Part shown: in pieces, positions 9,361 through 18,962 of the stretch
Position numbering within the stretch: position 1 is the stretch's first letter
Layout of the letters: every line of letters begins with the position of its first letter
Source: a virus
Lineage: Duplodnaviria > Caudoviricetes
Length of the DNA stretch: 41,779 nucleotides
Reading direction: 5' to 3' (one strand)
IMG/VR virus record: IMGVR_UViG_3300022217_000261
Coordinates: 1 to 41,779 of that record
Program-made: the position numbers and the translations under genes
Notes under the pieces: model-generated
Seen by the model: only the letters and a program-made list of their open reading frames with translations
What the model was told of the DNA's origin: nothing
The model's database searches: none

Positions 9361-10512
9361 ATGAGATTTATATATTTTCCCGCATGCTCGGTAGGTCCGA
9401 TTGAGATTTCTTTTAGAAAAGATCCTAAATTCCGATTTTATAATAAAAAAGATAGTGAGTTTTTTCATTACCCTTATTTATTAACATCAGCCGGGCATAG
9501 TTATAAGAAAGATAACTATATTACTGATATAAATTTTGATTTTAAAAAGGGAATTTTATTTGGTGATTCAGGCGGTTATCAAATAGCTACTAAAAAATTA
9601 ACCTATTCTGACGATCTTAGAAAACAAATTTTTAATTGGTTAGAAAATAATTCAAATTTAGCAGCTAATTTGGATATACCACCTGTAGTATCTAATAAAA
9701 AAAATAATGTTAACATTTTTAATGAAGCTTTAGCTATTAGTGTAAAGAATTTTAAATATTTTTCAGATAATCAATCTGGTAAGACTAGATTTCTAAATGT
9801 TTTACATGGTAGAGATGTATCTAGTTGGGATATATGGTATAATTCTGTTAAAGATTTTAAATTTGATGGATGGTGTATAGGAGGAATTAGTGTAAATAAA
9901 AGCTTAACTATTCAATCTCTATTTTATTTATTGATGAAAGGAGAATTTGATAATCCTTCAAATAAATTCTTTCACCTTCTAGGTACTTCTAAACCCGATG
10001 TATTTATTTATTTAATTTATTTTTCTTATTTAGTAGAGAAGCTAAGAGGAAGTAAAGCATTTATTACTTCAGATTCAAGTTCACCTAGCAAGGCTACAGC
10101 ATTTGGTACTTTTTATATATCCCATGATTTTGTTAGTTTTAAATCCTTACAATATACAAATAAATTTAAAATGGATGAGCATATACATTCCTCTGCTAAA
10201 GTACCATGTTCTTGTATAATATGTAAAGATTTAAAAATTAAAGATTACTATCAATGGAATACCAATAGTTATACCTTAATGACATTACATAATCTTAATT
10301 TATTTATAGATTATATAGAAAATATTAAAAAAATTATGTCATGTGAATATGATGAAATGATTTATAGTTATTTTCCAGCAAAAATAGTTAAAAATTTAAA
10401 ATTAATAAGAAAATGTTTTGATTCTAAAAACCCGGTGGAATTATTAAGACAACAAGGGAAAAATTTTCAGGATACTAATATTAATTATTCTGAAATGAAT
10501 GAATTCTTCTAA
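9361..10512 (+). CDS. dpdA: TGT-fold guanine transglycosylase, most likely DNA-targeting DpdA/DpdA2-type
   Basis: DSGGYQ, LDIP, FHLLG, DSSS, CSCIIC...H zinc site; beside que genes and DNA polymerase; N-terminus unlike bacterial tRNA Tgt. Confidence 0.8.
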   Translation: MRFIYFPACSVGPIEISFRKDPKFRFYNKKDSEFFHYPYLLTSAGHSYKKDNYITDINFDFKKGILFGDSGGYQIATKKLTYSDDLRKQIFNWLENNSNLAANLDIPPVVSNKKNNVNIFNEALAISVKNFKYFSDNQSGKTRFLNVLHGRDVSSWDIWYNSVKDFKFDGWCIGGISVNKSLTIQSLFYLLMKGEFDNPSNKFFHLLGTSKPDVFIYLIYFSYLVEKLRGSKAFITSDSSSPSKATAFGTFYISHDFVSFKSLQYTNKFKMDEHIHSSAKVPCSCIICKDLKIKDYYQWNTNSYTLMTLHNLNLFIDYIENIKKIMSCEYDEMIYSYFPAKIVKNLKLIRKCFDSKNPVELLRQQGKNFQDTNINYSEMNEFF

Positions 10513-10558
10513 ATTAAAAATATAAATAATTAAAAAATTTTAGGAGAAATAGAAGTTA

Positions 10559-10780
10559 ATGAAAGATATAATAGAAAAGATAAATGCCAACTTAAATGAG
10601 AGAAAAGAAATTACAGTTAAAGATATAATGAAAGCTGAAGATTTTCATGATGATGTTATAGGAAATATGTGGTTAAAGCAACTTGCTATACATCAGAATT
10701 TAGATAAAGATTTAAAAGAACATATAAAAAATCTTAATAAAGCAATTTCATTTATATCAGATTTAGTAAAATCCGCATAA
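10559..10780 (+). CDS. hypothetical protein, 73 aa
   Basis: AGGAG RBS; TATAAATA at 10521-10528 upstream. Confidence 0.65.
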   Translation: MKDIIEKINANLNERKEITVKDIMKAEDFHDDVIGNMWLKQLAIHQNLDKDLKEHIKNLNKAISFISDLVKSA

Positions 10781-10829
10781 TAATTATCCCACTAATAATT
10801 TATAACAAATACTAGGAGGTATCTACTTT

Positions 10830-13382
10830 TTGTTTGCAAATATATTCTATAATTACAGTTCTAATAAAATTTCACTTTGGGAATACCATGATGGAAATAG
10901 ATTTTTTGTTCAAGAAGATTATACCCCTTATTGTTATATTCCAAATAAAAATGGTAAATTTAAAGATTTATATGGATCACGGTGTAAGTTAAAAAAATTT
11001 AAAAATTACCACGATCAAAAAGAATTTGTTCAAAATTATAATTCTTATGAAGGTGATATTACTCCCATAGATCGTACTCTTATTGATAGATATCATGATA
11101 TAGACCTTTTAAAAACCATACCTACCTTACATATACATATAACTGATATTGAAACAAAATGTGATGAAGGGTTTCCTGATGCACAAAGACCTAATGATGA
11201 AATTCTTTTAATATCAACTTATTCTAATAAAACTAAAAAAGTACATATATTTGGGCAATATAAATTTGATTTTTCTAAATTATCTAAAGATATTCAAGAA
11301 AAAATAAATATTAATGATATAATTTATACCTATTGTCAAAGTGAACGTGAACTTTTAAAAGAGTATTTTAGATTTCATAGGAGTGATTATCCGGATATTA
11401 TTTCTGGTTGGTATAGTCATATCTTTGACTTTCCATATATTTTAGATAGAGCAATATTAATTCTAGGTGATAAATTTGCAAGTAAATATTCCCCAGTTGG
11501 GGTTATAAAAGAATCTTATCATAAAGATAAAAAAGAATATGAAATAGCTGGAATTACTATATGCGATTACCAAGATATATATAAAAAATATAGTATTAAT
11601 GAGAGAGATTCATATTCTTTAAATAACATTGCGCATACTGAATTAAATGAAGAAAAGCTTGAATATGATGGAACTCTTAGAATATTATGGAAAACAGATT
11701 GGAATTTATATACTGCTTATAATATTCAAGACGTATTGCTTGTTAAGAAATTAGATGAAAAACTGGATTTTATAGGATTAATTCAAGTTCAAGCTTATAT
11801 TAGTAAAGTTCCTTTAAATAAAGTTCATTCTAGTATAAAGAAATTTGATAATTATTTAATGTCATTATTAAAATCTTCTAGTATAGTATTACCTACTGCA
11901 AAAAGAAGGCATTCTTCTAATATTCCAGGTGGATTTGTTTTAGAACCAACTAGAAAAGGATACCATCAAAATGCTGTTAGTTTTGACTTTACTTCACTAT
12001 ATCCAATAATAATGATGACACTTAATTTATCACCAGAAACTTTTGTAGGTAAAATAACTTCTGTGGAAGGTAATACTTATAGAGATATAGATTATATATG
12101 TCTTGAGAATGATAAAGAATATATGATATTGAATAAGATTAAAAAAGGTAGTGATATAAAAAAATTAATAGATAAGCATAAATTAATTCTTTCTCCTAAT
12201 GGATTATTATTTAAATCAGGAGAGGGGTTTATTCCTAAGATCGTTAATAATATTTTCAAAAACAGGAAAGATTTTCAAAAAACGATGAGGGATTATGATA
12301 AAAAATATGAAGAAACTAAAGAAGAAAAATATAAAAGGTTAGCTCAAAAATATAATTTATATCAACATGCACAAAAGATTACTATTAATGCTATGTATGG
12401 CATTCTAGCTAATCCTAATTTTAGATTATTTGATGCCGATTTTGCATCTGCTATCACGTTAACAGGTCAAAAACTTATAAAATATACTATATATAATACT
12501 AATGAATTTTTTAAAGAAAAATTCAAAATAGATAAAGACGTGGTATATTTTGCTTCCACAGATTCATGTTATTTAGATTATGATGAGATATTAAAAAAAT
12601 TAAAGGTTAATGATGAAAATAAAATAGTAAATATTATTAATAAAATAAATGAAAAAATAATTGGTCCTTATTTTAAAGAAATATTTAAGGTTTTCTCTTT
12701 AGATATGATGAAATCAGATAAGAATTTATTTGAATTTGAAAGAGAATTTATTATTAAGACCTCTATTCATATTGATAAAAGAAAATATGCAATGTTGATT
12801 TTAGATAAAGAAGGTACTACTTATAAAGAACCAAAATTTGTTGTAAAGGGAATTGAAATTGTTAGAAGTTCTACTCCTGAATATTGCAGAGATAAAATTA
12901 AAGATATTGTTATGATGATTTTAAATATGAAAGAGAAATCTCAAGTAATAGATTCATTGAAAAATATTCATAAAGATTTTATTATACAGCCTCCTCATAT
13001 TATAGCATTTCCTAGAGGCATTAAAGAGTTAACTAAATATATAGATTCTAAAGGAAATACTAATAAAGGGTGTCCTATTCATGTTAGAGCAGCACATAAT
13101 TATAATACTTTAGTTGAAAAATTAAGGTTAGAAGTAAAATATGATTATATAATGCCAGGTGAAAAATTAAAATTTTTATATTTAACTCCTAGCAAAATAT
13201 TACATACTCAAAATGTAATAGCGTTTCCTGAAATATTACCAGAAGAATTTGAATTGCATAAATTCATTGATGTAGAAACTCAATTTAATAAAACTTTTAT
13301 GTCTCCTATTAATACCATAACTAATAGCATTGGATGGGGTAATTTAGATTTATATACTTCAGATATAGATGAATTTTTCTAA
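10830..13382 (+). CDS. 43: family B DNA polymerase (T4 gp43-like), TTG start
   Basis: Exo DIET / FDFPY / YNIQD; motif A DFTSLYP, motif B KITINAMYG, motif C variant ASTDS, KRKY, KGIEIVRSSTP; AGGAGG RBS. Confidence 0.95.
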   Translation: MFANIFYNYSSNKISLWEYHDGNRFFVQEDYTPYCYIPNKNGKFKDLYGSRCKLKKFKNYHDQKEFVQNYNSYEGDITPIDRTLIDRYHDIDLLKTIPTLHIHITDIETKCDEGFPDAQRPNDEILLISTYSNKTKKVHIFGQYKFDFSKLSKDIQEKININDIIYTYCQSERELLKEYFRFHRSDYPDIISGWYSHIFDFPYILDRAILILGDKFASKYSPVGVIKESYHKDKKEYEIAGITICDYQDIYKKYSINERDSYSLNNIAHTELNEEKLEYDGTLRILWKTDWNLYTAYNIQDVLLVKKLDEKLDFIGLIQVQAYISKVPLNKVHSSIKKFDNYLMSLLKSSSIVLPTAKRRHSSNIPGGFVLEPTRKGYHQNAVSFDFTSLYPIIMMTLNLSPETFVGKITSVEGNTYRDIDYICLENDKEYMILNKIKKGSDIKKLIDKHKLILSPNGLLFKSGEGFIPKIVNNIFKNRKDFQKTMRDYDKKYEETKEEKYKRLAQKYNLYQHAQKITINAMYGILANPNFRLFDADFASAITLTGQKLIKYTIYNTNEFFKEKFKIDKDVVYFASTDSCYLDYDEILKKLKVNDENKIVNIINKINEKIIGPYFKEIFKVFSLDMMKSDKNLFEFEREFIIKTSIHIDKRKYAMLILDKEGTTYKEPKFVVKGIEIVRSSTPEYCRDKIKDIVMMILNMKEKSQVIDSLKNIHKDFIIQPPHIIAFPRGIKELTKYIDSKGNTNKGCPIHVRAAHNYNTLVEKLRLEVKYDYIMPGEKLKFLYLTPSKILHTQNVIAFPEILPEEFELHKFIDVETQFNKTFMSPINTITNSIGWGNLDLYTSDIDEFF

Positions 13383-13397
13383 AATAAAAATATTTAC

Positions 13398-13426
13398 TTG
13401 ACATCAAGAGTATGATATTATATAAT
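13398..13426 (+). promoter_or_regulatory. sigma70-type promoter
   Basis: TTGACA-17 bp-TATAAT, perfect consensus. Confidence 0.85.
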
Positions 13427-13454
13427 TTAAATAAAGAATAAAAGGAGATTGAAA

Positions 13455-13721
13455 ATGAAATATGGTAAAAAAAGAGGAGAAGCAGCAGTAATAATAGATA
13501 TTAAGGTTGATTTTCTTAATGAGACTTCATATGTTATATTAGATCCTTTATCAAAAGGAAGCCAAAATTTGATAGAGTATGGAATATTGTGCCCTATTCA
13601 GGTAACAAAAAAAGAAGCAATAGATATTATGGGGGAAGAAAAGGTGAAAGTTTTTGAAAATATGATAAATAATATTTCTTCTGGAGGACCTGATTATAGG
13701 CTAACTAGATATCAAAGTTGA
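13455..13721 (+). CDS. hypothetical protein
   Basis: AAAGGAG-ATTGAAA-ATG initiation region; ORF track 13449-13721. Confidence 0.7.
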   Translation: MKYGKKRGEAAVIIDIKVDFLNETSYVILDPLSKGSQNLIEYGILCPIQVTKKEAIDIMGEEKVKVFENMINNISSGGPDYRLTRYQS

Positions 13722-13850
13722 AATATTTGATATCTTAACTTTTTTAGTGTAGGATAAAATATAATATGATTTAAATTGACAATTAAATTTTTTGACATTG
13801 ATTATATAAAATTATCTATAACCCTTTATAATCAATGGAGAAAAATTAAT

Positions 13851-15134
13851 ATGTCAGATTTTATGAAAGAATTGAAGAAAATTAACCCAATGGCAGAAAT
13901 TTTAGATGAATCTACCTTGGGTAATATTAGCGAATATATATCTACAGGTTCACTTTCACTGAATGGGATTATATCAGGTAGTATATTTAAAGGTATTCCG
14001 GCTGGTCGAGTAACAGCAATTACCGGAGAATCTGGAACTGGAAAATCATATATTTGTGGTAGAATTGCTGCTAATGCTCAAAAAAATGGATATGATGTAA
14101 TTTATTTTGATTCTGAAAATGCTATCACTAAGAATTTTTTAGGTAATTTAGGAGTAGACACATCTAAACTTTTATATTTACCTGTTGAAACATTAGAGGA
14201 ATTTAAGAATCAAGCTTTTCAAATTCTTAAAACCTTTGAGGAAAAATATTTTGAGCAATCTGACAAAAAGATTATAATAATTTTAGACTCATTAGGAAAT
14301 CTACCTGCTGAAAAAGAATTAAGAGATGTAGACAATCAGCATAATGCATCTGATATGGGACTTAGAGCTAAAGTCATAAAAAGTATGACTAGAGTTCTTA
14401 CTACTAAATTAGCTAAATTAAATGTACCTTTAGTATTGACTAATCATACATATGCAGTAGCAGCGGCTAATCCAATGGCCGCTCCGACTGAAGTACCAAC
14501 AGGAGGTAGAGGGGTAATTTATTTATCTACAGTTATAGCTCATTTAAGTAAAACAAAAATTAAAGAAGTAAATGAGGAAGGCGGACCTAAAAAGACTACA
14601 GGAAATATTCTTAAAGCTGATACCACTAAAAATAGAATTGTTCCAGAAGGTCAAAGAGCTGAAATGAAAGTAAATCTAACTACAGGGCCATTAAAATATT
14701 TTGGTTTACTAAAGCCAGCAATACGATATGGTCTTATTAAGAAAGATGGTAGTAAATATGTTATTGGAGATTTAGAGAAAAAGTATTGGGAAGCTGAACT
14801 ATATGCAGGTGGAAGAGACGGTAAAAGTGTAGATGAATTATGGGGTCCAATTTTAAATAAATTAGATGATGAAATGATTGCTAATAATAAATTTTCTTCA
14901 ATAGCTGATGGTTATGACGATGAAGTTATTACTAGATATTATCTATATCACTCTGAATCTGAGTGTATTTGGATTGTATATAGTAAAGAAGAATTAGATA
15001 TTGCTTTAGAGAGTGACGGATTAGTATCTGAAATTTCTAAAGACGAATATGATAATATAAAATCTAAAGAAGAAAAGTTAATAGAGGAAGTTATAGAAGA
15101 TCACCCCGAAAGTAATATCATTAAAGGAGAATAA
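13851..15134 (+). CDS. uvsX: RecA-like recombinase UvsX with C-terminal extension
   Basis: GESGTGKS Walker A, YFDSE, ILDSLG, DMGLRAK, TNHTY, TTKNR; GGAG RBS places start at 13851. Confidence 0.92.
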   Translation: MSDFMKELKKINPMAEILDESTLGNISEYISTGSLSLNGIISGSIFKGIPAGRVTAITGESGTGKSYICGRIAANAQKNGYDVIYFDSENAITKNFLGNLGVDTSKLLYLPVETLEEFKNQAFQILKTFEEKYFEQSDKKIIIILDSLGNLPAEKELRDVDNQHNASDMGLRAKVIKSMTRVLTTKLAKLNVPLVLTNHTYAVAAANPMAAPTEVPTGGRGVIYLSTVIAHLSKTKIKEVNEEGGPKKTTGNILKADTTKNRIVPEGQRAEMKVNLTTGPLKYFGLLKPAIRYGLIKKDGSKYVIGDLEKKYWEAELYAGGRDGKSVDELWGPILNKLDDEMIANNKFSSIADGYDDEVITRYYLYHSESECIWIVYSKEELDIALESDGLVSEISKDEYDNIKSKEEKLIEEVIEDHPESNIIKGE

Positions 15135-15138
15135 AAAA

Positions 15139-16008
15139 TTGAAATGTTTTTATCACAAAGTAGATTTTGATGGAGAATGTTCAGGTGCTATAGTTAAAAG
15201 ATCTTATCCACAATGTGAAATGATCGGAATTAATTATGGGGATGAATTTCCTTGGGATTCTATAGAATTAGATGAAACTATTTTTATGGTAGATTTTGGT
15301 ATGCAACCATTTGACGATATGGTCAAACTAAAAGAAAAATGTGGAAAATTAATATGGATCGACCACCATTCTACTGCTTTAAATGACTTAAAAGAAAGTG
15401 GAGTAGAATTTGATGGAATTCAAAAAGAAGATAAAGCAGGGTGTGAATTAACTTGGGAATATTTGAATCCTGATACTCCTCTTCCAGATTCTGTATATTA
15501 TTTAGGCAGATATGATGTTTGGGATTTGAATGCTAATCCTAATATACTATCTTTTCAATATGGTATGAAACAATATGAAGATACTACACCTGAATCTAAT
15601 ATTTGGAATGAAATTTTACCTTCTAAATCATTTAAAGAATATCTTAATGGTAAAGTAAATCCTAATCATTTAGCTAAAATTATAGTTGATGGTAATCTAA
15701 TTCTTAAATATCAAAAGGCAGAAAATAAGAAGAGATGTGAAGCTATGTCATTTGAAACAGAATTTGAAGGGTTAAAAGCTATTGCTATGAATATGGGAAT
15801 GACTAGTTCTCAAATATTTGATTCAGTTTATGATGAAAATAAATATGATATTATGTTACCTTTCAGTAGAAAATTAGGTCAATGGACAGTTAGTATATAT
15901 ACTACTAAAGATAATATCCATGTAGGTAAAATAGCTAAAAAATATGGTGGAGGTGGACATAAAGGAGCTGCAGGATTTCAATGTTCTAAGCTTCCATTTA
16001 AAGCTTAA
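15139..16008 (+). CDS. DHH/DHHA1 phosphoesterase
   Basis: YHKVDFDG, MVDF, WIDHH, GGGGHKGAAGF; TTG start with AAAGGAG. Confidence 0.88.
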   Translation: MKCFYHKVDFDGECSGAIVKRSYPQCEMIGINYGDEFPWDSIELDETIFMVDFGMQPFDDMVKLKEKCGKLIWIDHHSTALNDLKESGVEFDGIQKEDKAGCELTWEYLNPDTPLPDSVYYLGRYDVWDLNANPNILSFQYGMKQYEDTTPESNIWNEILPSKSFKEYLNGKVNPNHLAKIIVDGNLILKYQKAENKKRCEAMSFETEFEGLKAIAMNMGMTSSQIFDSVYDENKYDIMLPFSRKLGQWTVSIYTTKDNIHVGKIAKKYGGGGHKGAAGFQCSKLPFKA

Positions 16009-16037
16009 TAATAAAAAAATAAAAATAAAATTTTATT

Positions 16038-16066
16038 TTGACTTTTAAAAATAAACATATTATAAT
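16038..16066 (+). promoter_or_regulatory. sigma70-type promoter
   Basis: TTGACT-17 bp-TATAAT. Confidence 0.8.
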
Positions 16067-16092
16067 TAATTTAAAAATTAGGAGGATTGAAA

Positions 16093-16680
16093 ATGGAATT
16101 AAGTAAAGATACATGGCATTACAGATTTTATAAATGGTGGTTGAATTTAAAATGTAATTTAAATATTTATAATTTTCCATATGATAAAGAATGGGATTTT
16201 TATAATTTTTACGATCGTAGAGATAGAACGATAGGTGAAAAAGTTACATTTGAAGAGGCATCTGATGAATTAAAATTATGTATAGCTACAAGTGGTAAGT
16301 ATAAATTTCATAATTTATGTTTATATATAAAAGTACTTTTCTTATATGCTCCAGTCAGGTATCTTTGGCATACTCCACTTATAAAATGGTCTATTATAAA
16401 TACTGTTATTTATTCTATAAATATTTTGATATTATTTAATGTAGATAGCATTTTTATTTCTGATGGTATATGGTATATATCTACATTATTAATTATAATA
16501 GCTATTATAATTTCATATTTGATATTATGGATTGAAATTTTGGTACCTGCTATATATAGAAAAATAAATGAGTATAAAAATAAGCCATCTGAAGAATCTA
16601 ATAATTTTTATTCATCTGTTATGAAACCATATTTTAGTGATATAAAAAATAAAATTTGTAGGAAAATTGATTTTAAATAA
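16093..16680 (+). CDS. hypothetical membrane protein (about 2 TM helices)
   Basis: AGGGAGG RBS; two hydrophobic stretches; ends KICRKIDFK. Confidence 0.7.
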   Translation: MELSKDTWHYRFYKWWLNLKCNLNIYNFPYDKEWDFYNFYDRRDRTIGEKVTFEEASDELKLCIATSGKYKFHNLCLYIKVLFLYAPVRYLWHTPLIKWSIINTVIYSINILILFNVDSIFISDGIWYISTLLIIIAIIISYLILWIEILVPAIYRKINEYKNKPSEESNNFYSSVMKPYFSDIKNKICRKIDFK

Positions 16681-16689
16681 TTAAAGGTA

Positions 16690-17895
16690 TTGAAAATGAA
16701 AATAATTAATTCAGAAAAATTAGTAATTAAATCTTGGTGTAATAATCCAGAAGAATCTGCTATAAATCAAGCTAAAAATTTAGCTAATCTACCATTTGCA
16801 TTTAAACAAATTGTTTTAGCTCCAGATACTCATCAAGGATATGGAATGCCAATTGGTGGCATATTAGCTACAGAAGGAGTAGTTATTCCAAATGCAGTGG
16901 GAGTAGATATTGGATGCGGAATGATTGCAGTAAAAACTTATATTAAATCTAAAGATCTAGATAATAATACTTTAAAAATAATTATGGGAGAAATTAGAAA
17001 GAAAGTCCCCGTTAGATTTAATAAACACGATAAAATGCAAGATTTAAAATATATGCCATATGAGGCTTCTATTAATTCAGAATTATTTTCAGGATTACCA
17101 ATAATTAAAAGAGAATATGATAATGCTAGATTATCTCTTGGAACTCTTGGTGGCGGTAATCACTTCATCGAAATTCAAAAAGGTGATGATGGTTACATCT
17201 GGATAATGGTTCATACTGGATCTAGGAATTTAGGTAAACAAGTAGCAGACCATTATAATAATTTAGCTAAAGAGTTAAATAAAAAATGGTATTCTCAAGT
17301 ACCTAAAGAATGGGATTTAGCTTTTTTATCTTTAGATTCTCAAGAGGGTCAAAATTATTTAAAAGAAATGAATTATGCTTTAGAATTTGCTACATGCAAT
17401 AGACATTTAATCATAGAAAGAATTAAAGAAGCTTTCTATAATGTTTGGAATACTAAAACATCATTTCCTTTAAATTTTATGGAACCTATTGAACTATCAC
17501 ATAATTATGCTAGAATGGAAAGTCACTTTGGTAAAAATGTAATGATTCATAGAAAAGGAGCTACATCTGCTAAGTTTAATGAATTAGGAATTATTCCTGG
17601 ATCTCAAGGATCAAATTCTTATATAGTTATAGGCAAAGGTAATAAAAATTCTTTTATGTCTTGTTCTCATGGAGCTGGTAGAAAAATAGGAAGAAAACAA
17701 GCTCAAAAAAATTTAAATTTAGATGAGGAAATTGAAAAATTAGATAAGTTAGGTGTTGTACATAATATAACAACTGAAAAAGATTTAGATGAAGCTAGTG
17801 GAGCATACAAAGATATTTCAGTTGTTATGAAAGAACAAGAAGATTTAGTTGATATTGCAGTTGAATTGACTCCAATGGGAGTTATAAAAGGATAA
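16690..17895 (+). CDS. rtcB: RtcB-family RNA 3'-phosphate/5'-OH ligase
   Basis: PDTHQGYGMPIG, VGVDIGCGM, GTLGGGNHFIE, HTGSR, HNYA, HRKGA, PGS, SCSHGAGR, DEASGAYK. Confidence 0.95.
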   Translation: MKMKIINSEKLVIKSWCNNPEESAINQAKNLANLPFAFKQIVLAPDTHQGYGMPIGGILATEGVVIPNAVGVDIGCGMIAVKTYIKSKDLDNNTLKIIMGEIRKKVPVRFNKHDKMQDLKYMPYEASINSELFSGLPIIKREYDNARLSLGTLGGGNHFIEIQKGDDGYIWIMVHTGSRNLGKQVADHYNNLAKELNKKWYSQVPKEWDLAFLSLDSQEGQNYLKEMNYALEFATCNRHLIIERIKEAFYNVWNTKTSFPLNFMEPIELSHNYARMESHFGKNVMIHRKGATSAKFNELGIIPGSQGSNSYIVIGKGNKNSFMSCSHGAGRKIGRKQAQKNLNLDEEIEKLDKLGVVHNITTEKDLDEASGAYKDISVVMKEQEDLVDIAVELTPMGVIKG

Positions 17896-17907
17896 AGGAG
17901 ATTGGAA

Positions 17908-18951
17908 ATGTTAAAAATGATATTGAATACTATATTTCTTTTAATATTATGTATTTCTATTGCACAAGCTAATACTCCTCATTATAAAGTTCTTGTTGAT
18001 ATAACTCCTCCTTTTGTTATGAAAGATGAAAGGAATAATTGGGAGGGTATAGAAATAGAGCTTCTAAAAGAAATATCTGACAGATCCAATTTTTCTTATG
18101 AAATTGAACAGGTACCCTTTAAAGATATTTTTAAAGAGATACAATCTGGAAATGGTGATATAGGATTATCTGCTATAACCATAACTTCTGATAGAGAAAA
18201 ATTATTTGATTACACACATCCATATTATACTTCTAATACAGGAGTATTGACTAAAACTGATAATATAGCAATAACCATAACAAAAAAGATTTTCTCTATC
18301 ACCTTTTTAAAAGCATTGATGCTATTACAATTAGCTACTTTTATAATAGCATTTCTAATATGGATTTTTGAGATTAGGAAAAAGCATGATTATTTCACTT
18401 GTAATAAAGAAGGGTTAGGGAATTCGTATTGGTTTTCTTTAGTAACTAGTATAACTCAAGGTTACGGCGATATGACTCCACAAACTTTGGCCGGTAGGAT
18501 AATAACAAGTGCTTGGATGTATATATCATTAATATTAGTTAGTGGATTTGTAGCTGTTTTAGCTGCCTCTACCACTATTGAAAATGAATCCGAGAATAAT
18601 TTTAGTATCAATTGGGTAAAGAAAAGAGACATAGGTGTCATTGAAAATACATCTAGTTCTAAATTGTTGGATAACATGTCCATTATTAATACAAAATATA
18701 AAACTTTGGAATTAGCAGAAAAAGATTTGACAACAAATAAAATTGATGCTATAATATATGACTATCCTATATTAAATCATTATATACAGGATAAGAGAAG
18801 TTTATCACTTAATAAAATAGATTTTAATGTAGAAAGCTACGGATTTTTATTTAAGCAAGGCAGTCCATTAAGAGAGGAGGTGAATTTTAGATTAATAGAC
18901 TTTATTAGTTGTTCAAAATGGCACAAAATTCAAAAATTATATTTAAATTAA
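17908..18951 (+). CDS. GluR0-like ligand-gated ion channel (split SBP family 3 domain around a 2-TM K+ pore)
   Basis: signal peptide, PPFV, ITITSDRE, FDYTHPYY, TM1, pore TSITQGYGD, TM2, DAIIYDYP, ESYGF. Confidence 0.85.
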   Translation: MLKMILNTIFLLILCISIAQANTPHYKVLVDITPPFVMKDERNNWEGIEIELLKEISDRSNFSYEIEQVPFKDIFKEIQSGNGDIGLSAITITSDREKLFDYTHPYYTSNTGVLTKTDNIAITITKKIFSITFLKALMLLQLATFIIAFLIWIFEIRKKHDYFTCNKEGLGNSYWFSLVTSITQGYGDMTPQTLAGRIITSAWMYISLILVSGFVAVLAASTTIENESENNFSINWVKKRDIGVIENTSSSKLLDNMSIINTKYKTLELAEKDLTTNKIDAIIYDYPILNHYIQDKRSLSLNKIDFNVESYGFLFKQGSPLREEVNFRLIDFISCSKWHKIQKLYLN

Positions 18952-18962
18952 GGAGAGTAAAA

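Noticed and set aside
9361-10512. Ordinary tRNA-guanine transglycosylase for queuosine
   Set aside because: Divergent N-terminus, no queA/queF/queG here, location beside the polymerase and a polymerase-like tail favour a DNA target; not formally excluded.
1248-10528. TATAAATA at 1248 and 10521 as definite late promoters
   Set aside because: An all-A/T 8-mer arises often by chance at this composition; plausible but unsupported on its own.
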